NCBI GenBank assembly: GCA_018623495.1
Contig: JAAZVP010000003.1
Span: forward strand, 3,466 to 67,465
Length of the DNA: 64,000 nucleotides
From: Halothiobacillus sp.
Lineage (GTDB): Bacteria; Pseudomonadota; Gammaproteobacteria; JAAZVP01
Direction of reading: 5' to 3'
The notes beneath the pieces are model-generated. The model worked only from the letters and a program-made list of their open reading frames with translations, had not been told where the DNA came from and ran no database searches. Position numbers and translations under genes: made by a program. Positions 32,927 through 43,038 of this stretch are shown piece after piece; within the stretch, counting starts at the first letter, position 1; each line of letters opens with the position of its first letter.

Positions 32927-33904
32927 TCATCGGCCGAAATGCCCCGGCGCGTCGTCGAAACCGCCCGGCACGCCCTTGGTCACCACCGCCACCGCGTTGT
33001 GGGGATGCAGGCTCTCCATGTGATTGACGCGCACGCGGAAGTCGCTCAGGGCATCGTCGCCGTCGAGCACGGCGCGGATGTTGCGGGCGGCGTCCTCGCA
33101 GAACATCAGGTTCTCGCCGTTGAGGCGGGCGAACTCCTGCTCGTCCTCGCGCTTGACCGCCGCCTGGACCGGGGTCTTGAGCCCGGCCTCCACGTCGTCG
33201 ATCAGCCGGGCGACCGGCAGGTGCTCGCAGCCCGGGTCGAGCCGCACCCGCACCTGGGCCACGCTGCGCTGGCTGTGGGGCGTGGCGCGGATGGCCTCGG
33301 CGGTACCCAGCCATTCGCCTACCTCGGCGACGTCGGCCCTGCCGTCTTCGCCGAACCGCTCGGCGAAGCCTTCCTGGATCAGCTGGCGGGAGAGCGCCGC
33401 CGAGCACGGGCAGGTGGAGGAATAGGTCACCTCCACTTCCATTTCCAGCGACAGGCCACGGGCATCGCGCATGGCCAGCACGCGCAGGGGATAGTTCTTC
33501 CAGCCCGCATGGCCGGAGAGCAGCGACTCGCGCCGGGCGTGGAAGTCCAGTCGACACTCCAGCAGCGCGCGGTCGGCGAGACCCGCGTGCGAGTCGATGA
33601 ACCGCCCGAGGATGGCGTCGAGCCGGCTGGCGGTGAGCTCGGCCTGGGCCAGCTCGCGGTCGAGCTCCAGGTAGAGCCGGGACATGTGGATCCCCTTGGC
33701 GTCGGGGTCGGCCAGGTTGACGTAGGCCTGGATCCGCGCCAGCCCCGGGGACAGGCGCCCGGCTCCGTCGGGCACCGACACGGGCAGCTCGATCTCGGCC
33801 ATGCCCACCCAGTCCAGCCGGCCACGCCGGCCCTGGTGCGATTGGCTGGCCACGTCCGGCATGGAACGGTTCGGTCGGATCCGCAGCGCGGTCTCGGCGT
33901 TCAT
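32927..33904 (-). CDS. folE2: GTP cyclohydrolase I type IB
   Basis: LDWVGM, KGIHMSRLY, YSSTCPCSAALSRQ, ATPHSQRS, VKREDEQEFA, MFCEDAAR, ESLHPHNA. Confidence 0.93.
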   Translation of the reverse strand: MNAETALRIRPNRSMPDVASQSHQGRRGRLDWVGMAEIELPVSVPDGAGRLSPGLARIQAYVNLADPDAKGIHMSRLYLELDRELAQAELTASRLDAILGRFIDSHAGLADRALLECRLDFHARRESLLSGHAGWKNYPLRVLAMRDARGLSLEMEVEVTYSSTCPCSAALSRQLIQEGFAERFGEDGRADVAEVGEWLGTAEAIRATPHSQRSVAQVRVRLDPGCEHLPVARLIDDVEAGLKTPVQAAVKREDEQEFARLNGENLMFCEDAARNIRAVLDGDDALSDFRVRVNHMESLHPHNAVAVVTKGVPGGFDDAPGHFGR

Positions 33905-34332
33905 CGGGCATCTCCCTCGGGGCGGGTTTCCAGGGTCAGGGCCACGGACTCGGCGAATCGCAGGGCCCCGGGCTTGTCGGCGGTCACCCGGGCACAGCGG
34001 ACCTCGGGGTGCTGGTGGATGATCTCGAGCACGTCGCGCACCAGCTTCTCCAGCAACAGGAAGCGGGATCCTTCGACGTGGCCGATGATCGCCTTGGTGA
34101 TGGCCTTGTAGTCGAGTGCCCGGCCCACCGCGTCGTCGGCCGCCGCGGCCGCGGCGTCGTACTCGATGGCGGCGTTGATCAGCACGTCCTGGCGCTTTTC
34201 CTGCTCCTCGTCCTTGAAGCCGATGAAGGTACGCAGGTGGAGGTTGCGGATCTCGATGCGCGCGGGACGCAGCTGCAGGGCCGGCCTTTCGGCGGGCGCC
34301 CGGCGGTCGATGGGGGTGGTCGAGGCGGTCAC
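33901..34332 (-). CDS. folX: Dihydroneopterin triphosphate 2'-epimerase
   Basis: IRNLHLRTFIG, QDVLIN, ALDYKAITK, FLLLEKL, KPGALRFAESV; divergent from folM. Confidence 0.88.
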   Translation of the reverse strand: MTASTTPIDRRAPAERPALQLRPARIEIRNLHLRTFIGFKDEEQEKRQDVLINAAIEYDAAAAAADDAVGRALDYKAITKAIIGHVEGSRFLLLEKLVRDVLEIIHQHPEVRCARVTADKPGALRFAESVALTLETRPEGDAR

Positions 34333-34361
34333 GGCAGTCCCTTTTCTTGATGTACAACTCT

Positions 34362-34390
34362 TGTATAATTTAGGCCAGGTACCCTGTCAA
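34362..34390 (-). promoter_or_regulatory. Putative sigma70 promoter of folX-folE2
   Basis: Minus strand TTGACA-17 bp-TATACA; overlaps a plus-strand TATAAT (34364-34369) facing folM. Confidence 0.55.
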
Positions 34391-34399
34391 GGAAACCCC

Positions 34400-35116
34400 A
34401 TGAAACGCGATGTTCCCGCCATCCTGATCACCGGCGCCGGCCGGCGCATCGGCGAGCACCTCGCCCGCACGCTGCTGGAACGCGGTGAGCGGGTGATCTT
34501 CACCTATCGCACGCCGCGCGCCTCGGTGGAGGCCCTCGCGGCCCTGGGCGGCGAAGCCGTGCGGGCGGACCTGTCCGGCCCGGAGGGCATCGGGGCCGCC
34601 ATCGAGGCCATCCGCCGGCGCACGGCGGCGCTGCGCGCCATCATCCACAACGCCTCGGCCTGGACCCCCGATCACCGCCTGCTCGACGATTTCGCGGGCT
34701 TCGGGTCACTGGTCGCGGTACACATGGCCGCCCCCTACTACCTCAACCACGGCTGCCGGGACCTGCTGGAGGCCGGCGAGGGCCCCCGCGACATCATCCA
34801 CCTCACCGACCACGTGATCGAGCGGGGCTCGGACAAGCACGCCGCCTATGCCGCCACCAAGGCCGGCCTGCACAACCTCACGCTTTCCTTCGCCCGCCTG
34901 CTCGCCCCGCGCGTCAAGGTCAACGAGATCGCGCCGGCACTGATCCTGTTCAACGACGGCGACGACCCGGCCTACCGGGAGAAGGCCCTGGCCAAGTCGG
35001 CACTGGGGATCGAGCCGGGTCCCGGGGTGATCCTGCAGGCGGTGGACTATCTGCTGGAATCGAGCTACGTCACCGGCGAGACCCTGCACGTGAACGGGGG
35101 CCGGAACGTGCGTTGA
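34400..35116 (+). CDS. folM: Dihydromonapterin reductase (pteridine reductase SDR)
   Basis: ILITGAGRRIG, IIHNASAW, DIIHLTD, GSDKHAAYAATKAGL, APALILFN. Confidence 0.9.
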   Translation: MKRDVPAILITGAGRRIGEHLARTLLERGERVIFTYRTPRASVEALAALGGEAVRADLSGPEGIGAAIEAIRRRTAALRAIIHNASAWTPDHRLLDDFAGFGSLVAVHMAAPYYLNHGCRDLLEAGEGPRDIIHLTDHVIERGSDKHAAYAATKAGLHNLTLSFARLLAPRVKVNEIAPALILFNDGDDPAYREKALAKSALGIEPGPGVILQAVDYLLESSYVTGETLHVNGGRNVR

Positions 35117-35123
35117 GCCGGGT

Positions 35124-37847
35124 TCAGAAGATCCTGGAGGGCTGGCCGCGCACGCAGTTGCGGCCGGAGCGCTTGGCCTCGTAGACGCGGTCGTCCGCCC
35201 GCTTGACCAGGGAGGCGAAGGACTCCCCCTCCCGGTGCTCGGCGACGCCGAAGCTGGCGGTCACCATCCCCGCCGGCTCGATGGGCGATTCGGCCAGCTC
35301 GCCGCGCAGCTTCTCGGCCAGTGATGCCGCCCCGATCAGCCCGGTTTCCGGCAACAGGACGAGGAACTCCTCGCCACCCCAGCGCGCCAGCAGGTCGCTC
35401 TCGCGCAGCGATCCCGAGGCCCGCTCGACCACCGCCTGCAGGACCCGGTCGCCCACGTCGTGCCCATGGGTGTCGTTGACCGCCTTGAAGTGGTCGATGT
35501 CGAACATCACCAGCGAGAGGGGCCGGGGGTAGCGCTGCCGTCGCCGGATCTCCTGCTCGGCCTCCTCGGTGAACTGGGCCCGGTTCAGGGCACCGGTGAG
35601 CGCGTCATGCGTCGCCCGTTGGCGCAACTCCTCCTCCAGCCGCTTCTGGTAGCTGATGTCGCGGGCCACCGTGGACAGGTAGTCCACGGCCCCGGAGCGG
35701 TCGCGGTGGGCGATCACCAGCTGGGAAACGGGCAGTTCACCGCCCTCGCCGTCGCGCATGGCGCTCTCTCCCTGCCAGTAACCCACCCGACAGGCCTGCG
35801 GGATCCCCTCTTCCCGCAGCAGGCGGGCGGCCCAGCCCGGGTGCAGGGCATCCAGGTCGAGGATGTCGGTGGCCAGGTCCAGCCGCCGGTTGCGCTGGCG
35901 GGCCGCCGGGTTGCGGTAGAGGATCCGGCCCTCGCCGTCGATGATGCCCTCGTAGTCGGGCGTCGCCTCCAGGATGCTCAGCAGCCGGTTGCGCTCGGCC
36001 TCGATGCGCTTGCGCCGCGTGATGTCGCGAAACACCATCACCGCGCCCTCGGGCTCGCCGTCCCCGCGGATCGGGGCCACCACCAGCGCGGCGGGAAACC
36101 GCTGGCCGTCGCGCCGGCGGAACCAGCGGTCCTGGCTTCGGTGGGTCAGGCCCTGCTCGAGGGTGTCGCGGATCAGCTCGGCCGGCCCGGTCGCGGCCTC
36201 CGCCGTCGCCTCGTCGAGGATGAGGTTCTCGAGCGACTGGCCGATCAGCTGCTCGCGGCCATAGCCCAGCAGCTCCAGGGCCCGGTCATTGACCAGGGTC
36301 ACCCGCCCCTGCCGGTCGACGCCCACGATGCCCTCGCCGGCGGAATTGAACACCGCCGCCTGCAGTCGGCGCTGGGCCTCCAGCTGGGACTCGCTCCGGC
36401 GCCGTGCCGTGATGTCCACGAGCACCCCCACGAAGCCCTCCAGGGCCCCGTCGGCACCGTGGATCGAGGCCAGCGAGAGGTTGGCCCAGACGGCCTCCCC
36501 GTCGGGTCGCAGGTAACGCTTTTCCAGGATCGCCTCGCCGATCTGGCCGTCGCTGAAACGCCTCATCGCCGCCTCGCTGGCCGGGCGGTCGCCGGGATGG
36601 GTGAACTCGCCGAAATGGCGGCCCGCCAGCGCCTCGGCGGGACGACCGAAGAGCGCCGCGGCCGCCTCGTTGACCTGGCGGAGACGGCCGTCCGGGCCGG
36701 TGAGGACGATGCCCGCCGCGGCATTGTCGAACACCGAGCGGAACAGCGCCTCGCGCTCGCGCAACTCCCCCTCGAGCCGCTTGAACGCGGAGATGTCGGT
36801 CATCACGCCCAGCACCATTTCCGGTCGCCCCGTGGCGTCGCGCTTGGCGGTGACCGAGAGGCTGACCCAGACGGCATCCCCGTCCGGGCGCAGGTAGCGC
36901 TTCTCCATGCTGTAGCCGATGATCTCCCCGGCCAGCAACCGCCGGTGCTTTTCCAGGTTCCGGGGCCGATCGTCGGGGTGGGTGAACTCGGAGAAGCGGT
37001 GGCCGACGATGGCCTCCCGGGGCCGTTCGAGGATCTCGCAGCCGCGCGCGTTGATCTCGCGGAACACACCGTCCAGGTCCGCCACGCCGATCCCCACCCC
37101 GGCGGTGTCGAAAACGCCGCGGAACATGGCCTCGCTGTCGCGCAGGGCCCGCTCCAGGCGCCGGTGGCGGGTGACGTCGCGCACCATGGCGGAAAGCCCC
37201 TCCACCGTGCCGTCGGCCCCCAGCCGCCGGGCCCACTCGAACTCCAGGACCACCTCCTCGCCGTCGCCCGTCCGGCACTGCGCCACGAGGTGATGATCGT
37301 CGGAACGGTCCCCGACCAGGTCGCGCAAATGCGCCTGCAACGCCCGGCGTTGCGCGTCGCTCTCCGCGCATTCCCAGAAGCGCCGACCGATCAGCGCGCC
37401 CTCCTCCTCCCCGAGGATGAAGTGCAGCGCCCGGTTGGCGTAGACGATCCGCCCGTCGCGATCGCATTCCTGGATGCCGACGGAACCGCAGCGGGTCAGC
37501 GCCTCGAAACGGTTGCAGGCCGGCGCCGACAGCCGCTCCCACTGGACCAGCACCCACTGCTCGGCGGGCTGCAGGCGGGCCCGGAACGCCCCCGCCCACC
37601 CCGGCACCGGGGTTTCCAGCGTGCGCGCCCTGCCTGCCCGCGCCACCTCGCGGACCGGCGCCTCGAGCACCCCGCGCAACGGCGCCGCGAGCTCCCCGTC
37701 ATCCCCCAGCCAGTGGGCGCGGGCCACCCCGTTGGCCCAGGTCACCTCGCCTTCCGGACCGATGCAGAAGAAGGCATCGGTGCCCGCCTCCAGGGCGGTC
37801 AGCAGGGCCTGCGGAGGCGTGGGGGGCTGGGGCGGGGAATCGGCCAT
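35124..37847 (-). CDS. Multi-PAS diguanylate cyclase
   Basis: Multiple PAS/PAC repeats ([15 protein letters not shown]) and [14 protein letters not shown]; no EAL domain, no obvious TM. Confidence 0.92.
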   Translation of the reverse strand: MADSPPQPPTPPQALLTALEAGTDAFFCIGPEGEVTWANGVARAHWLGDDGELAAPLRGVLEAPVREVARAGRARTLETPVPGWAGAFRARLQPAEQWVLVQWERLSAPACNRFEALTRCGSVGIQECDRDGRIVYANRALHFILGEEEGALIGRRFWECAESDAQRRALQAHLRDLVGDRSDDHHLVAQCRTGDGEEVVLEFEWARRLGADGTVEGLSAMVRDVTRHRRLERALRDSEAMFRGVFDTAGVGIGVADLDGVFREINARGCEILERPREAIVGHRFSEFTHPDDRPRNLEKHRRLLAGEIIGYSMEKRYLRPDGDAVWVSLSVTAKRDATGRPEMVLGVMTDISAFKRLEGELREREALFRSVFDNAAAGIVLTGPDGRLRQVNEAAAALFGRPAEALAGRHFGEFTHPGDRPASEAAMRRFSDGQIGEAILEKRYLRPDGEAVWANLSLASIHGADGALEGFVGVLVDITARRRSESQLEAQRRLQAAVFNSAGEGIVGVDRQGRVTLVNDRALELLGYGREQLIGQSLENLILDEATAEAATGPAELIRDTLEQGLTHRSQDRWFRRRDGQRFPAALVVAPIRGDGEPEGAVMVFRDITRRKRIEAERNRLLSILEATPDYEGIIDGEGRILYRNPAARQRNRRLDLATDILDLDALHPGWAARLLREEGIPQACRVGYWQGESAMRDGEGGELPVSQLVIAHRDRSGAVDYLSTVARDISYQKRLEEELRQRATHDALTGALNRAQFTEEAEQEIRRRQRYPRPLSLVMFDIDHFKAVNDTHGHDVGDRVLQAVVERASGSLRESDLLARWGGEEFLVLLPETGLIGAASLAEKLRGELAESPIEPAGMVTASFGVAEHREGESFASLVKRADDRVYEAKRSGRNCVRGQPSRIF

Positions 37848-38040
37848 CGGCTCTCGCCTGTCGGGGAACGGATCCGGTCGGATACAAGATCAATATAGCC
37901 TTTTCCACCCGCGGATTCAGCGTCGCGGCTTTCCCGAGCATTCCACTCGGGAATTCCTGCGGATTTATTGGGTTTTTTGGGGCATAAGCGAAATCTTATC
38001 CTTGCCGACCGCACACCCCATCCGACCCGGAGGCGACTCC

Positions 38041-39513
38041 ATGAGCACGGCAAGCGCCAGCGCAGCAGCGAATCCCGCCGCCGACGCCGTCTACAACTAC
38101 GGCATCATCAAGCGATTCACCGTGATGTCGTTGTTCTGGGCCATCCTGGGGATGTCCGCGGGTCTCATGGCCGCCAGCCAGCTGGCCTGGCCATGGTTGA
38201 ACATGGGCATCCCCGAGATCACCTTCGGGCGCATCCGGCCCGTGCACACCTCGCTGGTGATCTTCGGCTTCGGCGGCAACGCCCTGCTGGGCACCTCCTA
38301 TTACATCGTCCAGCGCACCTGCCGGGCGCCGCTCTGGGGCGGGAAACTGGCCGAATTCACCTTCTGGGGCTGGAACGTCGCCGTGGCGGTGGGCGTGGTC
38401 CTCTACATGCTGGGCTACACCCAGGCCCGCGAGTACGCCGAGTTCGTCTGGCCGGTGGACCTGCTGATCGCCGCCGTCTGGCTGGCCTACCTGGCGGTGT
38501 TCGCCATGACCATCCGCCACCGCTCCCAGCCGCACATCTACGTGGCCAACTGGTTCTACATGGCCTTCATCCTGGCGGTGCTCATCCTGCACGTGTTCAA
38601 CAACCTGCAGATGCCGGTGAGCCTCACCGGGTTGGAATCCTACAGCCTGTTCGCCGGGGCCCAGGACGCCATGACCCAGTGGTGGTACGGCCACAACGTG
38701 GTGGGCTTCATCCTCACCGCCGGTTTCCTGGGGATGATGTACTACTTCGTGCCCAAGCAGGCGGGCCGGCCGGTCTACTCCTACCGCCTGTCCATCGTCC
38801 ACTTCTGGGCGCTGTCCTTCCTCTACATGTGGGTGGGCGCCCACCACCTGCACTGGACCGCCCTGCCCGACTGGACCTCCACCCTGGCGGCGACCTTCTC
38901 CATCCTGCTGCTGCTGCCCTCCTGGGGCGGGATGATCAACGGCATCATGACCCTCTCCGGGGCCTGGGACAAGCTGCGCACCGACCCGATCATGATGTTT
39001 CTGATCACCGCGCTGGCCTTCTACGGCATGTCCACCTTCGAGGGCCCGCTGATGTCGCTGAAGTCGGTCAACGCCCTGTCGCACTACACCGACTGGACCG
39101 TGGGCCACGTGCACTCCGGCGCGCTGGGCTGGGTGGCGATGATCACCTTCGGGTCGTTCTACCACCTGATCCCCAAGCTCTGGGATACCACCATCCACAG
39201 CGTGCGCCTGATCTACGTGCACTTCTGGCTGGCGACCATCGGCATCGTGCTCTACATCGCCTCCATGTGGGTGGCCGGCATCGGTCAGGGGCTGATGCTG
39301 CGGGCCTTCGACGAGTACGGCAACCTGGCCTACACCTTCATCGAGACCGTGAGCTTCATGCACCTGCCCTACGTGGTGCGTGCCGTGGGTGGCATGTTCT
39401 TCCTCAGCGGTGTGCTGCTGATGATCTACAACGTCTACATGACCATCACCGCCGCCAAGCGCCAGCCCCGTACCGCCGAGAGCGGCATGGAAGCCAAGCC
39501 GGCCAGCACCTGA
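38041..39513 (+). CDS. ccoN: cbb3-type cytochrome c oxidase subunit I
   Basis: [41 protein letters not shown]. Confidence 0.97.
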   Translation: MSTASASAAANPAADAVYNYGIIKRFTVMSLFWAILGMSAGLMAASQLAWPWLNMGIPEITFGRIRPVHTSLVIFGFGGNALLGTSYYIVQRTCRAPLWGGKLAEFTFWGWNVAVAVGVVLYMLGYTQAREYAEFVWPVDLLIAAVWLAYLAVFAMTIRHRSQPHIYVANWFYMAFILAVLILHVFNNLQMPVSLTGLESYSLFAGAQDAMTQWWYGHNVVGFILTAGFLGMMYYFVPKQAGRPVYSYRLSIVHFWALSFLYMWVGAHHLHWTALPDWTSTLAATFSILLLLPSWGGMINGIMTLSGAWDKLRTDPIMMFLITALAFYGMSTFEGPLMSLKSVNALSHYTDWTVGHVHSGALGWVAMITFGSFYHLIPKLWDTTIHSVRLIYVHFWLATIGIVLYIASMWVAGIGQGLMLRAFDEYGNLAYTFIETVSFMHLPYVVRAVGGMFFLSGVLLMIYNVYMTITAAKRQPRTAESGMEAKPAST

Positions 39514-39531
39514 TCGGAGGAGAGAAACGCG

Positions 39532-40266
39532 ATGAAGCATGAAAGTATCGAGGTCAATTCCGGTCTGCTGATCGTTCTCATCCTGGCGGCGATCAGCATC
39601 GGGGGCCTGGTGGAAATCGTGCCGCTGTTCAAGATCGACGAGACCGTGGAAAAGGTCGAGGGCGTGCGTCCCTACACGCCCCTCGAGCTGCGTGGTCGCG
39701 ACATCTACATCCGCGAGGGTTGCTATGCCTGCCACTCGCAGATGGTGCGTCCCTTCCGTGACGAGATGCTGCGCTACGGCCATTATTCCCTCGCGGCGGA
39801 GTCCAAGTACGACCATCCGTTCCAGTGGGCCTCCAAGCGCACCGGTCCGGACCTCGCGCGTCTGGGCGGCAAGTACTCCGACGAATGGCACACCCAGCAC
39901 CTCATCAACCCGCAGGCGATCGTGCCGGAGTCCGTCATGCCGCCCTATCCGTGGTTGATGGAGAACGAGCTCGACTACTCCGACATCGAGAAGCGCCTGA
40001 TCGCCAACAAGCGCGTGGGTGTGCCGTACTCGATGAGCCAGGAGGAGTACGAGCGCAACGTCGAGAAGTTCGGCAAGGACATGGCCGACAAGCTCCACAT
40101 TCCCAACGCCGAGGCATCCCTCGAGGCGCAGGCGACCAATCGGGTCTGGGATGGCGATCCCGACCGGATCACCGAGATGGACGCGATGGTCGCCTATCTC
40201 CAGGTGTTGGGCACGATGGTGGACTTCAGTCAGTACGAGGCCGGCGAACTGGCCGAGTACCGCTGA
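39532..40266 (+). CDS. ccoO: cbb3-type cytochrome c oxidase subunit II
   Basis: [30 protein letters not shown]. Confidence 0.97.
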   Translation: MKHESIEVNSGLLIVLILAAISIGGLVEIVPLFKIDETVEKVEGVRPYTPLELRGRDIYIREGCYACHSQMVRPFRDEMLRYGHYSLAAESKYDHPFQWASKRTGPDLARLGGKYSDEWHTQHLINPQAIVPESVMPPYPWLMENELDYSDIEKRLIANKRVGVPYSMSQEEYERNVEKFGKDMADKLHIPNAEASLEAQATNRVWDGDPDRITEMDAMVAYLQVLGTMVDFSQYEAGELAEYR

Positions 40267-40306
40267 TGAGTCGGCAGGTGTCGCGAACAGCCCGAACGAC
40301 GGGAGT

Positions 40307-40525
40307 ATGACGATGGCGGAAGTCTGGGAATGGTTGTCCAAGATGGAGAACACCAAGCCCCTGGCGCTGGTGATCTTCTTCACGACCTTCGTGGCCATCG
40401 TCCTCTACGTCTACAGCGGCAAGAAGCGCAAGCGGCGCCTGGAGTCCTACAAGCACATCCCGTTCATGGACGAGGATGCCGATGAGCGGGAGCCGCGCAG
40501 CCAGAGGAACAACGACGATGACTGA
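40307..40525 (+). CDS. ccoQ: cbb3-type cytochrome c oxidase subunit CcoQ
   Basis: Single TM helix then IPFMDED; lies between ccoO and ccoP; ATG after GGAG. Confidence 0.85.
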   Translation: MTMAEVWEWLSKMENTKPLALVIFFTTFVAIVLYVYSGKKRKRRLESYKHIPFMDEDADEREPRSQRNNDDD

Positions 40526-41432
40526 CAACAAAGACACAGAGAAGCACGAGGTCGAGACCACCGGGCACGTCTGGGACGACGACCTGCGGGAGTACAACAA
40601 TCCGCTGCCCAACTGGTGGCTGTGGACCTTCTACGCCACCATCATCTTTGCGGTGGTCTACTGGATCCTGTATCCCGCATGGCCGGTGGGTGACGACTAC
40701 ACCAAGGGTGTCAAGACCGTCACGGTGACCGACGAGGAGGGCAACGAGCTCTACTCCGGCCACTGGAATACCCGTGCCCGCCTGATCGACGAGATGCAGA
40801 ACAGCGCATCGGCCCAGAAGCAGCGCGAGTACCTGGAGTCGGTCTCCCAGGCGTCCTACGAGGAAATCCTCTCCGACCCGGACAAGATGGCCTTCGCCCG
40901 CTCCATGGGCAAGGTGATGTTCGCCGACAACTGCGCGGGCTGCCATGGCAGCGGCGGGCAGGGCGTGATGCCGTACTTCCCCAACCTGGTGGATGACGCC
41001 TGGCTCTGGGGTGGGTCGGTGGAAAAGATCGAGCAGACCCTCCTGAACGGCCGCCAGGGCAACATGCCCGGTTTCGCCCAGATCCAGGGCCAGCAGGCCC
41101 AGGATCTGGCGGCCTACGTGCTCAGCCTGTCCGGTCACGAGGTGGACGCCGGGGCGGCGCAGCGAGGCAAGCAGGCCTACAACGTGTGCATGGGCTGCCA
41201 CGGCGCCGACGGCACGGGGAATACGGCCATGGGTGCGGCCAACCTGACCGACAGCATCTGGACCTATGCCCAGATCCCCGATGCGGCGAACCTGGAAGAA
41301 AAGAAGGCGATGATCAAGGACGTGATCCAGAACGGCATTCAGCGCGAGATGCCGGCCTTCGGTAACCGGCTCTCCAAGGAGGAGATCAAGATGCTGACGG
41401 CCTATGTCCACGAACTCGGGGGTGGCCAGTAG
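40518..41432 (+). CDS. ccoP: cbb3-type cytochrome c oxidase subunit III
   Basis: TTGHVWD, EYNNPLPNWW, two CxxCH motifs (CAGCH, CMGCH). Confidence 0.96.
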   Translation: MTDNKDTEKHEVETTGHVWDDDLREYNNPLPNWWLWTFYATIIFAVVYWILYPAWPVGDDYTKGVKTVTVTDEEGNELYSGHWNTRARLIDEMQNSASAQKQREYLESVSQASYEEILSDPDKMAFARSMGKVMFADNCAGCHGSGGQGVMPYFPNLVDDAWLWGGSVEKIEQTLLNGRQGNMPGFAQIQGQQAQDLAAYVLSLSGHEVDAGAAQRGKQAYNVCMGCHGADGTGNTAMGAANLTDSIWTYAQIPDAANLEEKKAMIKDVIQNGIQREMPAFGNRLSKEEIKMLTAYVHELGGGQ

Positions 41433-41459
41433 GCCACCGGCCAGGGAAGGGCGAAACGG

Positions 41460-41492
41460 AAACGGCGGGGCTGGGCCCCGCCGTTTTTGTTT
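41460..41492 (+). terminator. Intrinsic terminator after ccoP
   Basis: AAACGGCGGGGC-TGG-GCCCCGCCGTTT followed by TTGTTT. Confidence 0.8.
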
Positions 41493-41603
41493 ATGATAAA
41501 ATTCTTATATGGCGCAGGGTTTTGGCCGTTCTGAACCCCGCCATGGACCCGGTGTCTGACACCCCGGGCATCACTCGAACCCACCCAGGCGAGGCAAGTT
41601 CCC

Positions 41604-43016
41604 ATGGCTGACGCGCAACCCGAAGAGCTCTACAAGGCGCGCGAACCGATCCACCCGCGCTCGGTGAAGGGGCGTTTCCGGCGCTTCAAGACCGGTGTGC
41701 TGGTCGTGGCCTACGGCGTTTTCTTTCTCCTGCCTTGGGTGCGCTGGGAGCGCACCGCCGGGCCGGACCAGGCGGTGATGTTCGACATCCCCACCCGGCG
41801 CTACTTCCTCTTCGACCTGACGGTCTATCCCCAGGACATGTACTGGCTGGCGGGTTTTCTCATCCTCGCCGCCTGGTTCCTGTTCTTCGTCACCGGGATG
41901 TTCGGGCGGGCCTTCTGCGGCTACTTCTGCTTCCAGACCCTGTGGACCGACTTCTTCATGAAGATCGAGCAGTGGGTCCAGGGGGACCGGCCCAAGCGGC
42001 TGAAGCTGGAGAAGGCGCCCTGGGGGCCGCACAAGCTCTACAAGAAGGGCCTGACCTGGTTCTTGTGGGTCGCCACCGCCTTCTGGACGGGCTTCACCTT
42101 CACCGCCTACTGGGCCAACGCCCCCGAGCTGCTGGTGGACTTCTTCACCGGCCAGGCGGCCTTCGCGGCCTATGCCACTACCGGCCTGCTGACCTTCACC
42201 ACTTTCCTCATGGCCGGCTTCCTGCGCGAGCAGGTGTGCATCTACATGTGCCCCTACGCGCGGTTCCAGAGCGTGATGTTCGACAAGAACACCATCATCC
42301 CGGCCTACGACTTCAAGCGGGGCGAGGGCGAGGCCGGCCGGCACAAGCTGGGGCGCGGTTTCAAGAAGCGCGAGGAGCGCCACGAACAGGGCGTGGGCGA
42401 CTGCATCGATTGCGGTTACTGTGTCCAGGTCTGCCCCACGGGCATCGACATCCGCGACGGCCTGCAGCTGGCCTGCATCAATTGCGGCCTGTGCGTGGAT
42501 GCCTGCGACACCATCATGGACAAGCAGGGCTGGCCCCGCGGGCTGGTCCGCTATGCCGCGGAAAAAGAGATCGAGGGCGGCGAGCCGGCCCGGGTGATCC
42601 GGCCCAAGAGCATCGGCTATGGCTTCGCCATCTCCGTGGTCACCGCCCTGCTGATCTGGGGGATCGCCTCCCAGTCGCCCATGGACTTCGCGGTCAACCA
42701 GGTGCGCCAGCCGCTCTACGTCACCCTCGCCGACGGCTCGATCCAGAACAGCTACGAGCTCAAGATCAACAACAAGCAGGACCGGTCGGTGGAACTCGAC
42801 ATCTCGGTCGCCGGTCTGCCCGACCCGGAGCTGGAGATGGCCGGGAGCTTCGAGAGCCTGACCATGGAGGCCTCGGGTCGCCAGCGCCTGCTGATGCGGA
42901 TCCGGCACGACCCGTCCGAGCTGGCCAGCGGCCAACACGAGATCCGTTTCATCCTCGGCGCGAAGGACCGCGAGATGGAGCCCATCGTCCAGGAGACGGT
43001 GTTCTACGTACCCTGA
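41604..43016 (+). CDS. ccoG: cbb3 oxidase accessory protein CcoG (4Fe-4S membrane protein)
   Basis: GRAFCGYFCFQT, CIYMCPY, CIDCGYCVQVCPTGIDIRDG, CINCGLCVDAC. Confidence 0.95.
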   Translation: MADAQPEELYKAREPIHPRSVKGRFRRFKTGVLVVAYGVFFLLPWVRWERTAGPDQAVMFDIPTRRYFLFDLTVYPQDMYWLAGFLILAAWFLFFVTGMFGRAFCGYFCFQTLWTDFFMKIEQWVQGDRPKRLKLEKAPWGPHKLYKKGLTWFLWVATAFWTGFTFTAYWANAPELLVDFFTGQAAFAAYATTGLLTFTTFLMAGFLREQVCIYMCPYARFQSVMFDKNTIIPAYDFKRGEGEAGRHKLGRGFKKREERHEQGVGDCIDCGYCVQVCPTGIDIRDGLQLACINCGLCVDACDTIMDKQGWPRGLVRYAAEKEIEGGEPARVIRPKSIGYGFAISVVTALLIWGIASQSPMDFAVNQVRQPLYVTLADGSIQNSYELKINNKQDRSVELDISVAGLPDPELEMAGSFESLTMEASGRQRLLMRIRHDPSELASGQHEIRFILGAKDREMEPIVQETVFYVP

Positions 43017-43038
43017 TGCTTGCGGGAGTATTGCGCCA

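Noticed and set aside
36280-37140. Internal sequence duplication in the diguanylate cyclase
   Set aside because: Explained by tandem PAS/PAC domains, which are common in this family.
37880-37893. Possible FNR box upstream of ccoN
   Set aside because: Only the ATCAA half-site is present; the other half reads GGATA rather than TTGAT.
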